64,000 nt of DNA from Vulcanimicrobiota bacterium (GCA_963777315.1 CAVZQC010000002.1:128001-192000), one strand, 5' to 3'; counted from the first letter of the stretch, positions 14,276 through 25,177 are shown. Notes: generated by a model from the letters alone, not told the origin. A program made the numbers and translations.

Positions 14276-15301
14276 TTGAGCCACAACCCGTTACTCTTCA
14301 GCGGCAACTCGAACCAACGGCTGGCCGAGGAGATCGCCAAACGGCTCAAGCTGCACGTGGGCAAAGCGCTGGTCTCCAAGTTCAGAAACGAAGAAACGCG
14401 CGTGCAGATCGGCGAGAATGTGCGCGGCTCGGAAGTCTTCGCCATTCAGTCGCTGTGCAAATCGCCCGGCGGCAACGGCGTGAACGATTCCCTGATGGAG
14501 CTGCTGCTGATGATCGATGCGCTCAAGCGCGCCTCCGCAGCTCGCATCACCGCCGTCATTCCGTACTACGGTTATGCCAAGCAGGACAAAAAAACGACCG
14601 GGCGCGAGCCGATCTCGGCCAAAGTCGTCGCGGACATGCTCAAGACCGCCGGCGCAAACCGCATGGTCACCATGGACCTGCACGCCGCGCAGATTCAGGG
14701 GTTCTTCGACGGGCCCGTCGACAATTTGATGGCGATGCCCACGCTGTGCAACTATCTTAAGAAGGACGGTCTGTGCGAGGACCGCGTCGTGATCGTTTCA
14801 CCGGATGCGGGCGGAGTGCATCGCGCCGAACTGTTCGCCAAACGGCTGAACTCGTCGCTCGCGATCGTCTTCAAGCGCCGTCCTGAACCCGACGTCTCCG
14901 AGGTTACCGACATCGTCGGCGACGTCGCCGGCAGAGTGGCGGTGGTCGTCGACGACATGATCTCCACGGGCGGCACGCTTGCCAAAGCCGCCGAAGCGAT
15001 CATCGCGCGCGGCGCCACGCGCGTGTACACCGTTGCATCGCACGGCATCTTTGCGGGCGACGCCATCCGCGTTCTGGACGAGTCCCGAATCGAACGCGTC
15101 GTGGTCACCAACACGATCCCGTTCCCCGACGTTTCCGAGCATCCCAAGTTCGTGCAGCTGTCGATCGCGCAAACGTTCGCCGATGCGATCAATCGCATTA
15201 CGACCAACCGATCGATCTCCGAGCTCTTCACCGATGAAGGTGAAGAAAAAAAGTTGAATGACGCACCCCGCCCTATGCCGGAACCGGCAATCGTACCGTA
15301 A
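14276..15301 (+). CDS. prs: Ribose-phosphate pyrophosphokinase
   Basis: [40 protein letters not shown] start after GGAG. Confidence 0.97.
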   Translation: MSHNPLLFSGNSNQRLAEEIAKRLKLHVGKALVSKFRNEETRVQIGENVRGSEVFAIQSLCKSPGGNGVNDSLMELLLMIDALKRASAARITAVIPYYGYAKQDKKTTGREPISAKVVADMLKTAGANRMVTMDLHAAQIQGFFDGPVDNLMAMPTLCNYLKKDGLCEDRVVIVSPDAGGVHRAELFAKRLNSSLAIVFKRRPEPDVSEVTDIVGDVAGRVAVVVDDMISTGGTLAKAAEAIIARGATRVYTVASHGIFAGDAIRVLDESRIERVVVTNTIPFPDVSEHPKFVQLSIAQTFADAINRITTNRSISELFTDEGEEKKLNDAPRPMPEPAIVP

Positions 15302-15312
15302 AAAGGATCAGC

Positions 15313-15963
15313 ATGGCACAACCTTCATTGGTCATCGAGCGCCGCGAGGGCGCCGGAACCACCAAAGCGCGCGCGTTGCGCGCCGCGGGCAAGATTCCCG
15401 CCGTTCTGTACGGGCACGGCTCGACCGAACCCATCGCGATCGAGCAACGCGCGTTCGACGATCTTCTGCACCGCGTGGGCCGCAGCGGCCTCATCGAACT
15501 GCGGATCGACGGAAAACGCTTGGACACGGCGCTCGTTCGAGAGGTCCAGATCGATCCCGTCAGCCGCAAAACCGTGCACGTCGATCTGCAGCGGGTCTCC
15601 GCCGACGAAACCGTGCACTCGAAGCTGCGCATCGTCACGACGGGCACGGCCGAAGGCGTGCGGAGCTTGGGCGGCGTCATGGACGTGATCGTTCACGAGC
15701 TGGAAGTGGAAGGGCCGGCCAGCAAACTGCCCGAGAGTTTGGAAGTCGACGTCACGCAGCTCAGCATCCACGATCATATCAGCGCCGGGCAAGTGCGGTT
15801 GCCGGACGGATTCAAACTCATCACTGCGCCCGATACCGTCGTCGTGACCGTCGAAGCGTCCAAGACCGCGCGCGCACTCGAAGAAGCACAGGCGGGCGCC
15901 GCGTTCGAACAAGCGCAGCCCGAACTCGTCGGCAAAACCGAAACCGAAGGAACTTCCGCATAG
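15313..15963 (+). CDS. rplY: 50S ribosomal protein L25 / Ctc
   Basis: LRAAGKIPAVLYG, VQIDPV, HVDL; prs-rplY-pth gene order. Confidence 0.95.
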   Translation: MAQPSLVIERREGAGTTKARALRAAGKIPAVLYGHGSTEPIAIEQRAFDDLLHRVGRSGLIELRIDGKRLDTALVREVQIDPVSRKTVHVDLQRVSADETVHSKLRIVTTGTAEGVRSLGGVMDVIVHELEVEGPASKLPESLEVDVTQLSIHDHISAGQVRLPDGFKLITAPDTVVVTVEASKTARALEEAQAGAAFEQAQPELVGKTETEGTSA

Positions 15964-16541
15964 CGGGCGGCTCGACCGGCGGAGTCCGCATCGTCGCCGG
16001 GCTGGGTAATCCGGGCCGCGAGTACGCGCACACTCGGCACAACGTCGGCTTCATGGTGGTGGACGAAGTCGCGAGCCGTCTGCACCTGAATTCGTGGAAG
16101 ATCAAGCACGGCGCGCGCCAAGCGTTCGATTCGCAGCGCGCCGTTCTGCTGCTCGAACCGCAGAACTTCATGAACGAAAGCGGATCGCCGGTGCGCGCGA
16201 TCGCCGCCTGGTATCGAACGCCGCCCGAGCAGGTGCTGGTCGTTTACGACGACATGGATCTGCCGTTCGGCAGCGTTCGCATGCGCCCGTTCGGCGGCCA
16301 CGGCGGCCACAACGGCATGCGTTCCGTCGTCGCGGCCATGTCGGACGCGTTTCCGCGAATTCGCGTCGGCTTGGGAAGGCCCGAGTCCGAAAGCATCGAC
16401 CACGTCCTCAGTCCGTTCACCGCGCAGGAACGGGTGCTGCTCCCAAAGATCGTCGATGCTGCGGCCGAAGGCGTGCTCAGCTGGCTGGATCGTGGAACCG
16501 AAGCGGCCATGCAGTTCGTCAATACTCTACAGATCGCGTAA
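15960..16541 (+). CDS. pth: Peptidyl-tRNA hydrolase, probable ATA start
   Basis: GLGNPG, TRHNVG, FMNESG, YDDMD, GGHNG; no nearby in-frame ATG/GTG/TTG; ATA with GAAGGA RBS. Confidence 0.93.
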   Translation: MAGGSTGGVRIVAGLGNPGREYAHTRHNVGFMVVDEVASRLHLNSWKIKHGARQAFDSQRAVLLLEPQNFMNESGSPVRAIAAWYRTPPEQVLVVYDDMDLPFGSVRMRPFGGHGGHNGMRSVVAAMSDAFPRIRVGLGRPESESIDHVLSPFTAQERVLLPKIVDAAAEGVLSWLDRGTEAAMQFVNTLQIA

Positions 16542-17375
16542 TTCGAAGCTGCGCGCAGCAAGCGCGGCGATAACGAAGATCCAGGCAATCGTCCAGAGCA
16601 GCATGGCCGCCGGGGGCGGCTCGGTGACGAAAAAGGGACCGGGCCACACTCGCGAGCTGCCGAGCGTGGCGATCATCGCGGCAGGTTCCAAGCGATACAG
16701 TGCGGCCTGCCACATCGCATCGCTGGGCAGCAGCAGCTGCACGATCGTGCCGGCGTGCCGCACCGTTTCGTTGGCGTAATACGAGCCGATGCTCTGCGCG
16801 ATGCCGCCCAGGCGCGCAATGATGAACGCGACGATCGCTACAATACTCGCGCCGATCGCCGGCATGCGCGTGCTCAGCAGCAGCGCGAGCGCAACCATGA
16901 CGATGCCTGAAAGCGCCAGAAAGGCGAGCATCGTTGCCGGATGCGGCGGAACGTATCCCGTGGCCGCACGCACCACGACGAACTCGCACGCGCCCGTGAC
17001 GAATGCGTATGCCGCGATGACGAACGCGAGCGCCACGGCCTTGCCGATCAGAATGGCGCTGCGCGAAATCGGCCTGGTCAGCACGGGCAGCAGAACGCCG
17101 GATTCGATGTCGTTGGCCAGTGAAGGCGCGGCGACGAACACCGCCGCCATCGCCAGCAAAAAGCTGAACAAGTATGCGACCAGGATCACGAGGACGGCCG
17201 TCATCGCGAGCAGTTCGAGATGCGTGACCGGCCTGCCGTGCCGCACGTGCAGCGTGTGCAAATAGAAAAAGCCCCAGCCGGTCGTTCCCACGAGTGCAGC
17301 CGTGGCGATTACAGCTCCTGCGAAGAAGCGGCGCCGCATGAGTTCCAGCAGCGTCAGGCGCACGACGTGCGTCAT
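16527..17375 (-). CDS. ABC transporter permease (ABC-2 type)
   Basis: DIESGVLLPVLTRPISRSAILIGK motif, multiple TM helices. Confidence 0.88.
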   Translation of the reverse strand: MTHVVRLTLLELMRRRFFAGAVIATAALVGTTGWGFFYLHTLHVRHGRPVTHLELLAMTAVLVILVAYLFSFLLAMAAVFVAAPSLANDIESGVLLPVLTRPISRSAILIGKAVALAFVIAAYAFVTGACEFVVVRAATGYVPPHPATMLAFLALSGIVMVALALLLSTRMPAIGASIVAIVAFIIARLGGIAQSIGSYYANETVRHAGTIVQLLLPSDAMWQAALYRLEPAAMIATLGSSRVWPGPFFVTEPPPAAMLLWTIAWIFVIAALAARSFELRDL

Positions 17376-18280
17376 GCGCCACGTTCGCTGGTCAGTTCCA
17401 GGAAGCGCTCCTCGAGCGTGGGCGTAACCGGCTCGATCGCCAGAACCGACGCGCCCGCGGCGACCAGCGCGTTGACCATGATCGGCACCCGATTGGACTG
17501 CACGTCGCGCACGATAAAGGCGCTGCGTTCGCGCGATACCGATCCAAAAGGCGAGAGCACGCGTTCGAGCGGCTCGCCGCCGGCGCGCGCGCGAACGCGC
17601 ACGTCCTGTCGCACCCCCAGAATGTCCGCGATCGCGCCGTGCGCGACAACCTGCCCTTTGGTGACGATCGCAATCCGGTCGCAGACCTGCTCCACCTCAG
17701 TCAGTAAGTGGGAGTTCAGAAAAACCGCGGTGCCGCGCTCCCGAAGGCGGTGTAGAATCTCGCGCACCTCCAGGCGCCCGGATGGATCCAGCGCAGACGT
17801 CGGTTCGTCCAAAACGATCAATTCGGGGTTTCCCAACAGCGCGACGGCTAGACCCAAGCGCTGCTGCATGCCTTTGGAAAACGAGTGAACGCGATCGTCT
17901 GCGCGAGCGCGCAGCCCGACCAACTCCAACACTCGTTCGATGTCGCGCGATTCGAGCTGCGAGGAACACAAACGCGCGTGGAACGCGAGTACTTCCCGCG
18001 CAGACAGCCATTCCGGGTACCGGAAGAGTTCGGGAAGATATCCCAGACGGCTTCGCGCGCGGCGATCGCCGAGCCGATATCCGAGAACTGCGCCGCTGCC
18101 GGCGCTCGGACGGATCAATCCAACGAGCAACTTGACCGAGGTGGTTTTCCCCGCGCCGTTGGGACCCAAGAATCCGAATATTTCACCGCGGCGAACGCGC
18201 AAGGAAAGATCCGAGAGCGCCTGCACGCGCCCGTATCGTTTGGCTAGCCGGTCGACCTCGATGACGCTATCGCAAACCAT
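17372..18280 (-). CDS. ABC transporter ATP-binding protein
   Basis: GPNGAGKTT, FSKGMQQR, LDEPT, NSH. Confidence 0.95.
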   Translation of the reverse strand: MVCDSVIEVDRLAKRYGRVQALSDLSLRVRRGEIFGFLGPNGAGKTTSVKLLVGLIRPSAGSGAVLGYRLGDRRARSRLGYLPELFRYPEWLSAREVLAFHARLCSSQLESRDIERVLELVGLRARADDRVHSFSKGMQQRLGLAVALLGNPELIVLDEPTSALDPSGRLEVREILHRLRERGTAVFLNSHLLTEVEQVCDRIAIVTKGQVVAHGAIADILGVRQDVRVRARAGGEPLERVLSPFGSVSRERSAFIVRDVQSNRVPIMVNALVAAGASVLAIEPVTPTLEERFLELTSERGA

Positions 18281-19217
18281 CCGCGAGCGTCATGACGTCA
18301 TCCATCGAAACCGGGCCGGCAACGACGTACACCGTTCCGCCGCGCTGCCACATGACGCCGGCGCCCAGGCCCGTGTCGTCGCCGATTGCCAAACCCGGCA
18401 TCCCGTTGACGCTCACGCGGCGAGCGGTTTGCTTGTCGACGATGACCGGCACCGGTACGGTGTTCTGGATATCGCCGAGCGCGCGAATCTGCTGCGCCAG
18501 CTTCGGCGACACGTTGGGCATCGAGAGCAGATAGCGTTCCAGCGTGTCGAGCGATGCGCCGCTCGAGGTGATTCGCGGCGTTTGCGCCTGCACGACGTCG
18601 ACGAACTGCGTGCGATCGTTGCCCGCACGGGCGGACGAGGATCGATAGCGTACCTCAAAGACGTATCCGGTCTGCAAGCGGACAGTCGTGCCGTCCAGGG
18701 AGCGCGGCATCGGCGCAAGCCTCTTGTGCGCCCGCCGTTCGAACGCGCGTGCCTTGGCTGCGCTGAACGTGAAGGTCATTTCGCCTGGACTCCACGCGGT
18801 GTACGAATGAGCCGTGAAATGCGGCGGCGCTGCCGCCGGGCGGCTCAACGCGAAAGGCACGTGCTGCGCGGCTGCCGCGAACCCGGCGTACCTGTGCGGC
18901 ATGGGCTTTCGCACGATCCGCTGCGTCCCCACGTCGTTTGCTTGCGGCAGCAGACGGAGATCGCGCAGGTCCGCACGGGAGACGTCGATCGGCTGGAATT
19001 GCCGCGGTTCGAACACGGTCAAAAACGACCGCGCGTATCCGCCCAGCGGCGTGAAAATCAGCGCGAGAACCAGAACTGCGAGCGCCGCGAATACTGCCGA
19101 CGGCCGATACCACGCCGGGCTCGTTCGCCGCGCGGCAGCGTGCCGTTCCGAGCGATCGTCCAACTCCGGCGGTTCGTCCGGCATGCGGCGCAGGGTTCCG
19201 CTCTCGAGATGCTTCAC
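18267..19217 (-). CDS. Single-pass membrane protein, anti-sigma-factor-like
   Basis: Short cytoplasmic N-terminus, one TM helix, large external domain; AAGGAG RBS; heads the ABC operon. Confidence 0.6.
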   Translation of the reverse strand: MKHLESGTLRRMPDEPPELDDRSERHAAARRTSPAWYRPSAVFAALAVLVLALIFTPLGGYARSFLTVFEPRQFQPIDVSRADLRDLRLLPQANDVGTQRIVRKPMPHRYAGFAAAAQHVPFALSRPAAAPPHFTAHSYTAWSPGEMTFTFSAAKARAFERRAHKRLAPMPRSLDGTTVRLQTGYVFEVRYRSSSARAGNDRTQFVDVVQAQTPRITSSGASLDTLERYLLSMPNVSPKLAQQIRALGDIQNTVPVPVIVDKQTARRVSVNGMPGLAIGDDTGLGAGVMWQRGGTVYVVAGPVSMDDVMTLADGLR

Positions 19218-19461
19218 GTTCGATCTCCTTTTTTATCGGATCGGCCGTCCGCCCGCGCAGACATCCGTCGATCGGCTGCGTCCTCGGCCCGCGCGCATTC
19301 TGCAGTACTGCGAAAAGGCTCTCGAGCGCCGGGTGCGGTACACCGACGGCATGCCGGCAGTTACCATATGCCCTTATAGCACCGCAAGACGCCGTTTTGT
19401 AACACCGATGCGTTATCTTTAGCGTAAAGGATGTCGATAACGTAGCTGAACGGAGGTCCCG

Positions 19462-20139
19462 ATGGAGGGGTTTGCAGGCAAAGCATTCGTGGTTCGGGTC
19501 GACGAGGCAACCGCCTTCGCCTCGCAAACGACGTTCTTCGACGACTTGGCCTTCCTGGCGCGCAGCAGCGTCCATCCCATCGTGGTGGCTCCCTCGAGTA
19601 CGGTGCGCCGAACGCTCGTGCGCACGATAAACCGCAGCGGCAACATGGCCGTGGGTCTTTCGGGCTCGGATGCCGCGATGCTGCCCGCAGCGGGAAGCGG
19701 CCTAGGCAACGTGCAGACCGGCATTCTCGAAACCCTCACGCGCGCCGGCTACATCCCCGTCATCGAGCCCACTGCATTTGGGGTATTCGAACCGCGCGAC
19801 CGCTACGTTGCCGCCGACGAGGTGGCAAGCGCGATTGCCGCCGCGACCGACGCCGTGCGCGCAATTTTCTTTCACGCGCTGGGCGGCGTGCCCGATCCGC
19901 AGAGCGAAGCGCTCATCAGCGAGCTCACTCCAGCTGAAGCGCTGGTCATTTCCGAGAACCCGCGCGTGCCCGCGGACTTGCGAACCGCAATTCGAGCTGC
20001 CGCATTGGGCGTGCGCGCAGGCGTAAGCCAAGCGCAGATCGTCGACGGACGGATCGCGCATGCGGCCGTGGTCGAGCTGCTGACGGCGCACCACTTGGGA
20101 ACGCGAGTGACCGGCAGCGTGTTTACCGGCGCTGCGTGA
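19462..20139 (+). CDS. Acetylglutamate-kinase-like protein lacking catalytic motifs
   Basis: AVGLSGSD, GYIPVI, AADEVASAIA, IVDGRIAHA match ArgB; KxGG and HGGG absent; GGAGG RBS. Confidence 0.75.
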   Translation: MEGFAGKAFVVRVDEATAFASQTTFFDDLAFLARSSVHPIVVAPSSTVRRTLVRTINRSGNMAVGLSGSDAAMLPAAGSGLGNVQTGILETLTRAGYIPVIEPTAFGVFEPRDRYVAADEVASAIAAATDAVRAIFFHALGGVPDPQSEALISELTPAEALVISENPRVPADLRTAIRAAALGVRAGVSQAQIVDGRIAHAAVVELLTAHHLGTRVTGSVFTGAA

Positions 20140-21322
20140 GACACGGATCGCTGCGCCCCTGAAGCGCGGCGATACGCTGGCCCGGCGGCGGATGCGAGCT
20201 CAAATACCAATACGCGAACGGATTGGGACACACGGTGAGCAGCGATTGATCGGCGCGCCGCACTTCAAACCGAATCGCCGCCGCCGGATCGGCGGTCAGC
20301 GCAATTCCCGCCTTGTCGGTGACCAGATCCAGATTGCGGGAGTAACCGTTATAGAAGGGCAGGGCGATAAGATACACGCAGCCCACGACCGCGCCCAGCA
20401 GCGCCAGCCGCGACACCGGGTCGTCGTCGCGCCGGAATCCAATCCGATCCGAAATCAGCACCGCCAGCGCCGCCGCCAAAACCACAATCGCGCCCTGCAC
20501 CAGAGCCTGATGCAGTCCGTCGTTGGCCTCGATCCATGCGTACGAGCGCGCAAAGAGAAACCGCAGTTCGGGCGGCGTTGCGCCCGCAAGGATCGTGTCC
20601 GATATGACGATCCGCTGAGAGCCGCCCCACCCGGTGACGTACGCACTGCCCGTTCGCGTCCTGGACGAGATGCGTTCGTCCAGAACGGGTACGCCGATGC
20701 CGGTGCGTGCGCGCAGGAGAGCCAGATCCGACGCCACCGCCGCCGGCAGCGTGGCGGGAGCATAGCTCGTATAGGCGGGCGCAATGACGTATGGATTGAC
20801 GTACGAAATCAGCAGCGTGAACCCGATGACCGCTCCGATCGTATAGACGTACCATTGACGCGTTTTGTCCGCCAGCCCAAGCACGATCGCGGCGATCAGG
20901 CCCGCGACGACCATGGCGATCGCCGTGGCGGCGAGCCAATCCGCCAGCCACGTTCGAAACAGCAGCTGCGTCAGTTCCATGATGCGTGAAAAGCGGTAGA
21001 GCACCGCCTGCGGCATCAGCGCCACGATCTTGTCCAGCAGCGCGAGCAGCGCGCCGAAACACCATCGTACGGCAAACTCCGAGCGCAGCACCGAACGAAG
21101 CGAGTCGCGCAATTGCGCCGAAAGGCCCGAGTTCCAAAACCATGCCAGCACCGCTATCTGCAGGGCGACCATCACGATCCAAAGCGGAATGCGCAGCTGT
21201 TCCAAGTGCCCGGCTCCGGCTGCTCGCGCCGGATCGACGAGCTGAAACGCGGAGCGAGTCAACAGGTCGTGCGCCGGAATCGCGTTGACGGCGCGATCGA
21301 GCGCATTGGGACGGCCTATCAT
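20123..21322 (-). CDS. M48 (Ste24/HtpX)-like membrane protein without HExxH
   Basis: Ste24-like layout: AYVTGWG, RIVISDT, HPPPGQRI; the HExxH position reads ARSYAW. Confidence 0.72.
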   Translation of the reverse strand: MIGRPNALDRAVNAIPAHDLLTRSAFQLVDPARAAGAGHLEQLRIPLWIVMVALQIAVLAWFWNSGLSAQLRDSLRSVLRSEFAVRWCFGALLALLDKIVALMPQAVLYRFSRIMELTQLLFRTWLADWLAATAIAMVVAGLIAAIVLGLADKTRQWYVYTIGAVIGFTLLISYVNPYVIAPAYTSYAPATLPAAVASDLALLRARTGIGVPVLDERISSRTRTGSAYVTGWGGSQRIVISDTILAGATPPELRFLFARSYAWIEANDGLHQALVQGAIVVLAAALAVLISDRIGFRRDDDPVSRLALLGAVVGCVYLIALPFYNGYSRNLDLVTDKAGIALTADPAAAIRFEVRRADQSLLTVCPNPFAYWYLSSHPPPGQRIAALQGRSDPCLTQRR

Positions 21323-21359
21323 CGTCCGCCCTGTTCGCGGCGCCCTTGCGGATCGCTTT

Positions 21360-22463
21360 TTACTCGTACACGGCAAACGACGCGCCGGCGACCGCGAACG
21401 AAACGCGGCCGCGCCCCGTGCGTTTGCTGTGATACATCGCGGCGTCCGCAATCTCGAGCAGTTCGCCGGCGTCGCGCGCATCGTATGGGTATGCGGCCAC
21501 GCCGACGCTGGCGCTGATCGGCAGCGGCACGCCGAAATCGCAGTTGCGCACCGCATCGCAATAACGCTGCGCGCGTTCGATCGCCGCCAGTTTGTGCACG
21601 TTGCGAACGATTGCGCAGAACTCGTCGCCACCGTTGCGCGCCGCCAAATCGACACCGGCCAGCGTGTGTTCGCGCAGCAGCGAGGCCATGCGCGTAAGCA
21701 CCATGTCGCCTGCCGCATGCCCGAAGGTGTCGTTGACGCGCTTGAAATGATCGGTGTCCACGAACCACAGGCACAAGCAGGCGCGGGTGCTCAAACGAGC
21801 GAGCGCAACGTCTGCCTGCAGCGTTTCGCGAAACGCGCGAGGCGTATGCAGCCCGGTGAGCCCGTCATAGATCGCGCGGCTGCGATCGGCTTGCCGTTCG
21901 GCGGCCAGCACGTACGGGAATGCGGCCTGGGCCACTGCTCGAACCAGCAGATCCGGATCGCGGATGCAATCTTGAGCGGATGCGGCGTACACGACCGCTG
22001 CAACGCCGTCCGCCCCGAGCATAGGGACGGCCAGCGCAAAACGATCGGTCGGGACGATTGCCTGGGCGCGGTCGTCGAGCACGACGCGATGGCCGCACAG
22101 CGCTGCGCGCGCGGGCAGTGAAGCGCCGTGATCGCGCCGGACGCGCACTCCGGCATAGTGCTCGGCGCGCGAGCCGGCGACATGCACGCACGCGAGGTCG
22201 TCCCCGGCCGGAACGAAAACGAGCACCGCGTCGACCGACGGATCGAGCACTCGGAGCGTACGATCGAGTGCCGTGAGGACCGCGGCAGTCGATTCGCGCG
22301 ATGCCGCGCTCAAAACGCGCACCGCTTGCAGAACGTCGCTCTCACGGCGCTCCACCGTTTTCAAGCGCGCGCGCAGTCCGGCCGCAAGCATCCGCATTCG
22401 CAGCGCATACACGGTCGCCGCGGCGCATGCAAGCGCAAGAAACGTCAAGCCGGCCTGATACAC
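21360..22463 (-). CDS. Diguanylate cyclase (TM, GAF-like, GGDEF)
   Basis: DGLTGL, DTDHFKRVNDTFGHAAGD, RNGGDEF, ADAAMYHSK; GTG start inferred. Confidence 0.9.
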   Translation of the reverse strand: MYQAGLTFLALACAAATVYALRMRMLAAGLRARLKTVERRESDVLQAVRVLSAASRESTAAVLTALDRTLRVLDPSVDAVLVFVPAGDDLACVHVAGSRAEHYAGVRVRRDHGASLPARAALCGHRVVLDDRAQAIVPTDRFALAVPMLGADGVAAVVYAASAQDCIRDPDLLVRAVAQAAFPYVLAAERQADRSRAIYDGLTGLHTPRAFRETLQADVALARLSTRACLCLWFVDTDHFKRVNDTFGHAAGDMVLTRMASLLREHTLAGVDLAARNGGDEFCAIVRNVHKLAAIERAQRYCDAVRNCDFGVPLPISASVGVAAYPYDARDAGELLEIADAAMYHSKRTGRGRVSFAVAGASFAVYE

Positions 22464-22492
22464 TGCCCGGTTAGTGCCCGCGTACGAGCGCC

Positions 22493-25142
22493 TTGGGCCA
22501 GCGCAAGCAGCATCGTGCGGGAAGCGAGGTCGAATTCGACGTAGCCACACTGCCGGAGGTGCCCATTCTCTCCACCCGCTTGATGCGTTCGCGCGTCAAC
22601 GAGCGCCTCGAGCGCGCTACCAGATTTCCCGTAACGCTGATAGCTGCGCCCGCGGGCTTCGGCAAAAGCGTCGCGCTGCGCGATTTCGCCGATACTTCGC
22701 GCCTGGACGCCGTTCGTTACGACGTTCACCGCGAGGACGGTACGCTGCTTGCCTTCGTTCGCCGTCTGAGCGAAACGCTCAAGCCGGTCGCGCCCAGCGC
22801 GATTGCGGCGTTCCCCGCGATACACGAACGCGTGCTTGCCGCCGACGAGCCCGTGCTTCGGCTGTCGGATTGGTTCTTCGAGCATCTCAGGCGCGTCGTC
22901 TGCACCATCGTCATCGACGATTTGCATTACGCTGCCGTCGACCGAGCGTCGATCGCGCTTTTGGCCGATTTGATCGAACGTACGACCGATCGCATTCGCT
23001 GGATCATCGCCGCACGCAGCGACGTGGGCCTTCCGGTTGCCAGCTGGATCGCGTACGGCCGCATGGATATGCCCATCGGCGAAGACGATCTGCGTTTCAC
23101 GATCGACGAAGCACTGGCAAGCGCGGATGCAGCGGCTGCCGATCTGGACCCGCACGAGATCGAAGCGCTCTGCGACTTGACCGAAGGCTGGCCGGTAGCT
23201 CTAGCAATCGCGCTGCGCACGCGCACGTACGCGGCCGATCTGCTTAGCGCGTCCTCCGGCACGCGCGAGATGGTCTACAGATATCTCGCCGAGCAGGTTT
23301 TTGCGGGATTGACGCCCGACCAGCGCGCCTTCGTGCTGGCGACGTGCGTATTTTCGACGTTCAACGCAACGATCGCGCAAACGCTGGGAGCGAGCCCGGA
23401 CGTTCTGTCCGACATACGCTCGAAAGTCGCTTTCTTAAACGAGATCGGTCCCGCCGAATACCGGTATCACGATCTCTTCCGGGATTTCTTGGAAGCGGAG
23501 TTGCGCCGCCGCGGCGAGGGCGACTGGACGCGCGCGGCGCGCCGGGGAGCCGAGCTGTTGGAACAGCGGGGCGACGACGCCGGCGCGCTCGTTTTGTACG
23601 CCAAAGCCGGTGAATCGCAGGCATTGCTGCGCATCGTGGATCGCAAGGGCTTTTCGATGTTCGAGCACGGTCAAAGCGAAGCGCTCAGCGCGGCTCTCGA
23701 CGCGATACCGGACGAGCTCAAACAGGCCGATGCGGCTGCGCTGGGATTGCGCGCGACGATCGAGGCCAGCCGCGGACGCTTTGAATTGGCGCAACGCGGC
23801 TTCATCACGGCGATAGACAAAGCCGGCGATCCGGACCTTCGAACCGCACTCGTGCACCGGTATGCCATCGAGCTCGTGCGGCACGATCGCGACTGCGTGG
23901 GTTTTTTGGAGCCGTACGCGAAGGATGGGACGCTCTCGGACGAGCAGCGCGTGCCGCTGCTGGGCACACTCGCAACCGCGTATCTGGCGGCGAACCGGTA
24001 CGCAGACGCGCTGGCGACGATCCAGCGAGCGCTGGATGCGATCGATCCGTCGATGAACGCCGAGATGCTCGCGCGTCTGTATCAGCAAGCCGCCTACATC
24101 CACGATTTCGGGCCCGAGCGCGAACGCGCCAGAACGTACGCTGCGCTGGCAATCGAGCTGGCGCTTCCGCGCAACCTGTTCGACGTGGCAGCGCGCGCCT
24201 ACAGCGCGCTGTTCAGCGTGGCGTACAACGAGGACGACGATCCGATCGCGTGTTTGAAGATTCTCGACAAGCTCGACGAATGCGCGCGCAAAGGCGCCGG
24301 AAACCAGGCGCGCGTGTTCGCGCTCATGGCCGCATACGAGCTGGAAGTCGAACGCGGCGACGATGCCGCGCTCGAGCGTTTGGACAGCGCGCTGCACGAA
24401 AACCAGGCGGCACTTCCGCGCGCGCGTTCGGAAACGTTCCTGCCGGCCGACGCACTGCGGGCGGCGTGGGTCGGCGATTTCAAGCGCGCGCTGCAGCTGC
24501 TCGCCGGCACGGCCGAACAGTTCTCCAGCGACGAACGGCGCGCGCTGCGCGCTGCAGAAATTGCGCTGTACGCCTTCGCGTGCGCAGACGGCGATCGGGG
24601 CGCGGCTGCTTTGGAGCAGGCAGAGGCCGCGCTCGAACGCTGCACGCGCGAAACGCGCCGAACGATTCGCTCGCGCATCTTCATCGCGCTGGCCGAGATG
24701 CTGCGCGGGCATTCCAGCGCGGCCAACCGCCACTTGACCCAAGCCGAACGCGCGCTCACCCCGCAAATGCGCCGAGTCCGCGCCTTGGCGCACGCCGCCA
24801 GAGCGTTGTATCGCGTCCAGCTCAATCAAGCGGATCGGGCCGCGCGTTCGGGAGTTCTGGAACGCTTGCGGGCCGAGCATTTCGGCGGGATAGCGCGCCT
24901 GATCGAGGCGCTGCCGTTCTCGGCGGATTCGGGCCAAGGCTACGGAACGCTCACCGCGGCCGAGCGCGAAATTCTCCAACTGCTCGCAAGGGGCGGCAGC
25001 ACGAAAGACGTGGCGGCCCGAACCGGCCGCAGTCCGCATACGGTCGATACGCACATTCGCTCCATCTGCCGCAAGCTCGCGTGCAGCGGCCGGCGCGAAG
25101 CCGTCGCGTTCAGCTACCAGCCAAGGCTGGGTACAGACCTAG
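22493..25142 (+). CDS. MalT-like large ATP-binding LuxR-family regulator; true stop inferred at 25140-25142 after correcting a +1 at about 25111
   Basis: APAGFGKS, IVIDDLH, TEGWP, YRYHDLFRDFL, C-terminal HTH LTAAEREIL...TVDTHIRSICRKL; corrected end REAVA(L/F)ATSQGWVQT*. Confidence 0.88.
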
Positions 25143-25177
25143 AGCTTTTTCGCTGTTGCGGCTCTCGGGGAGAAGCG

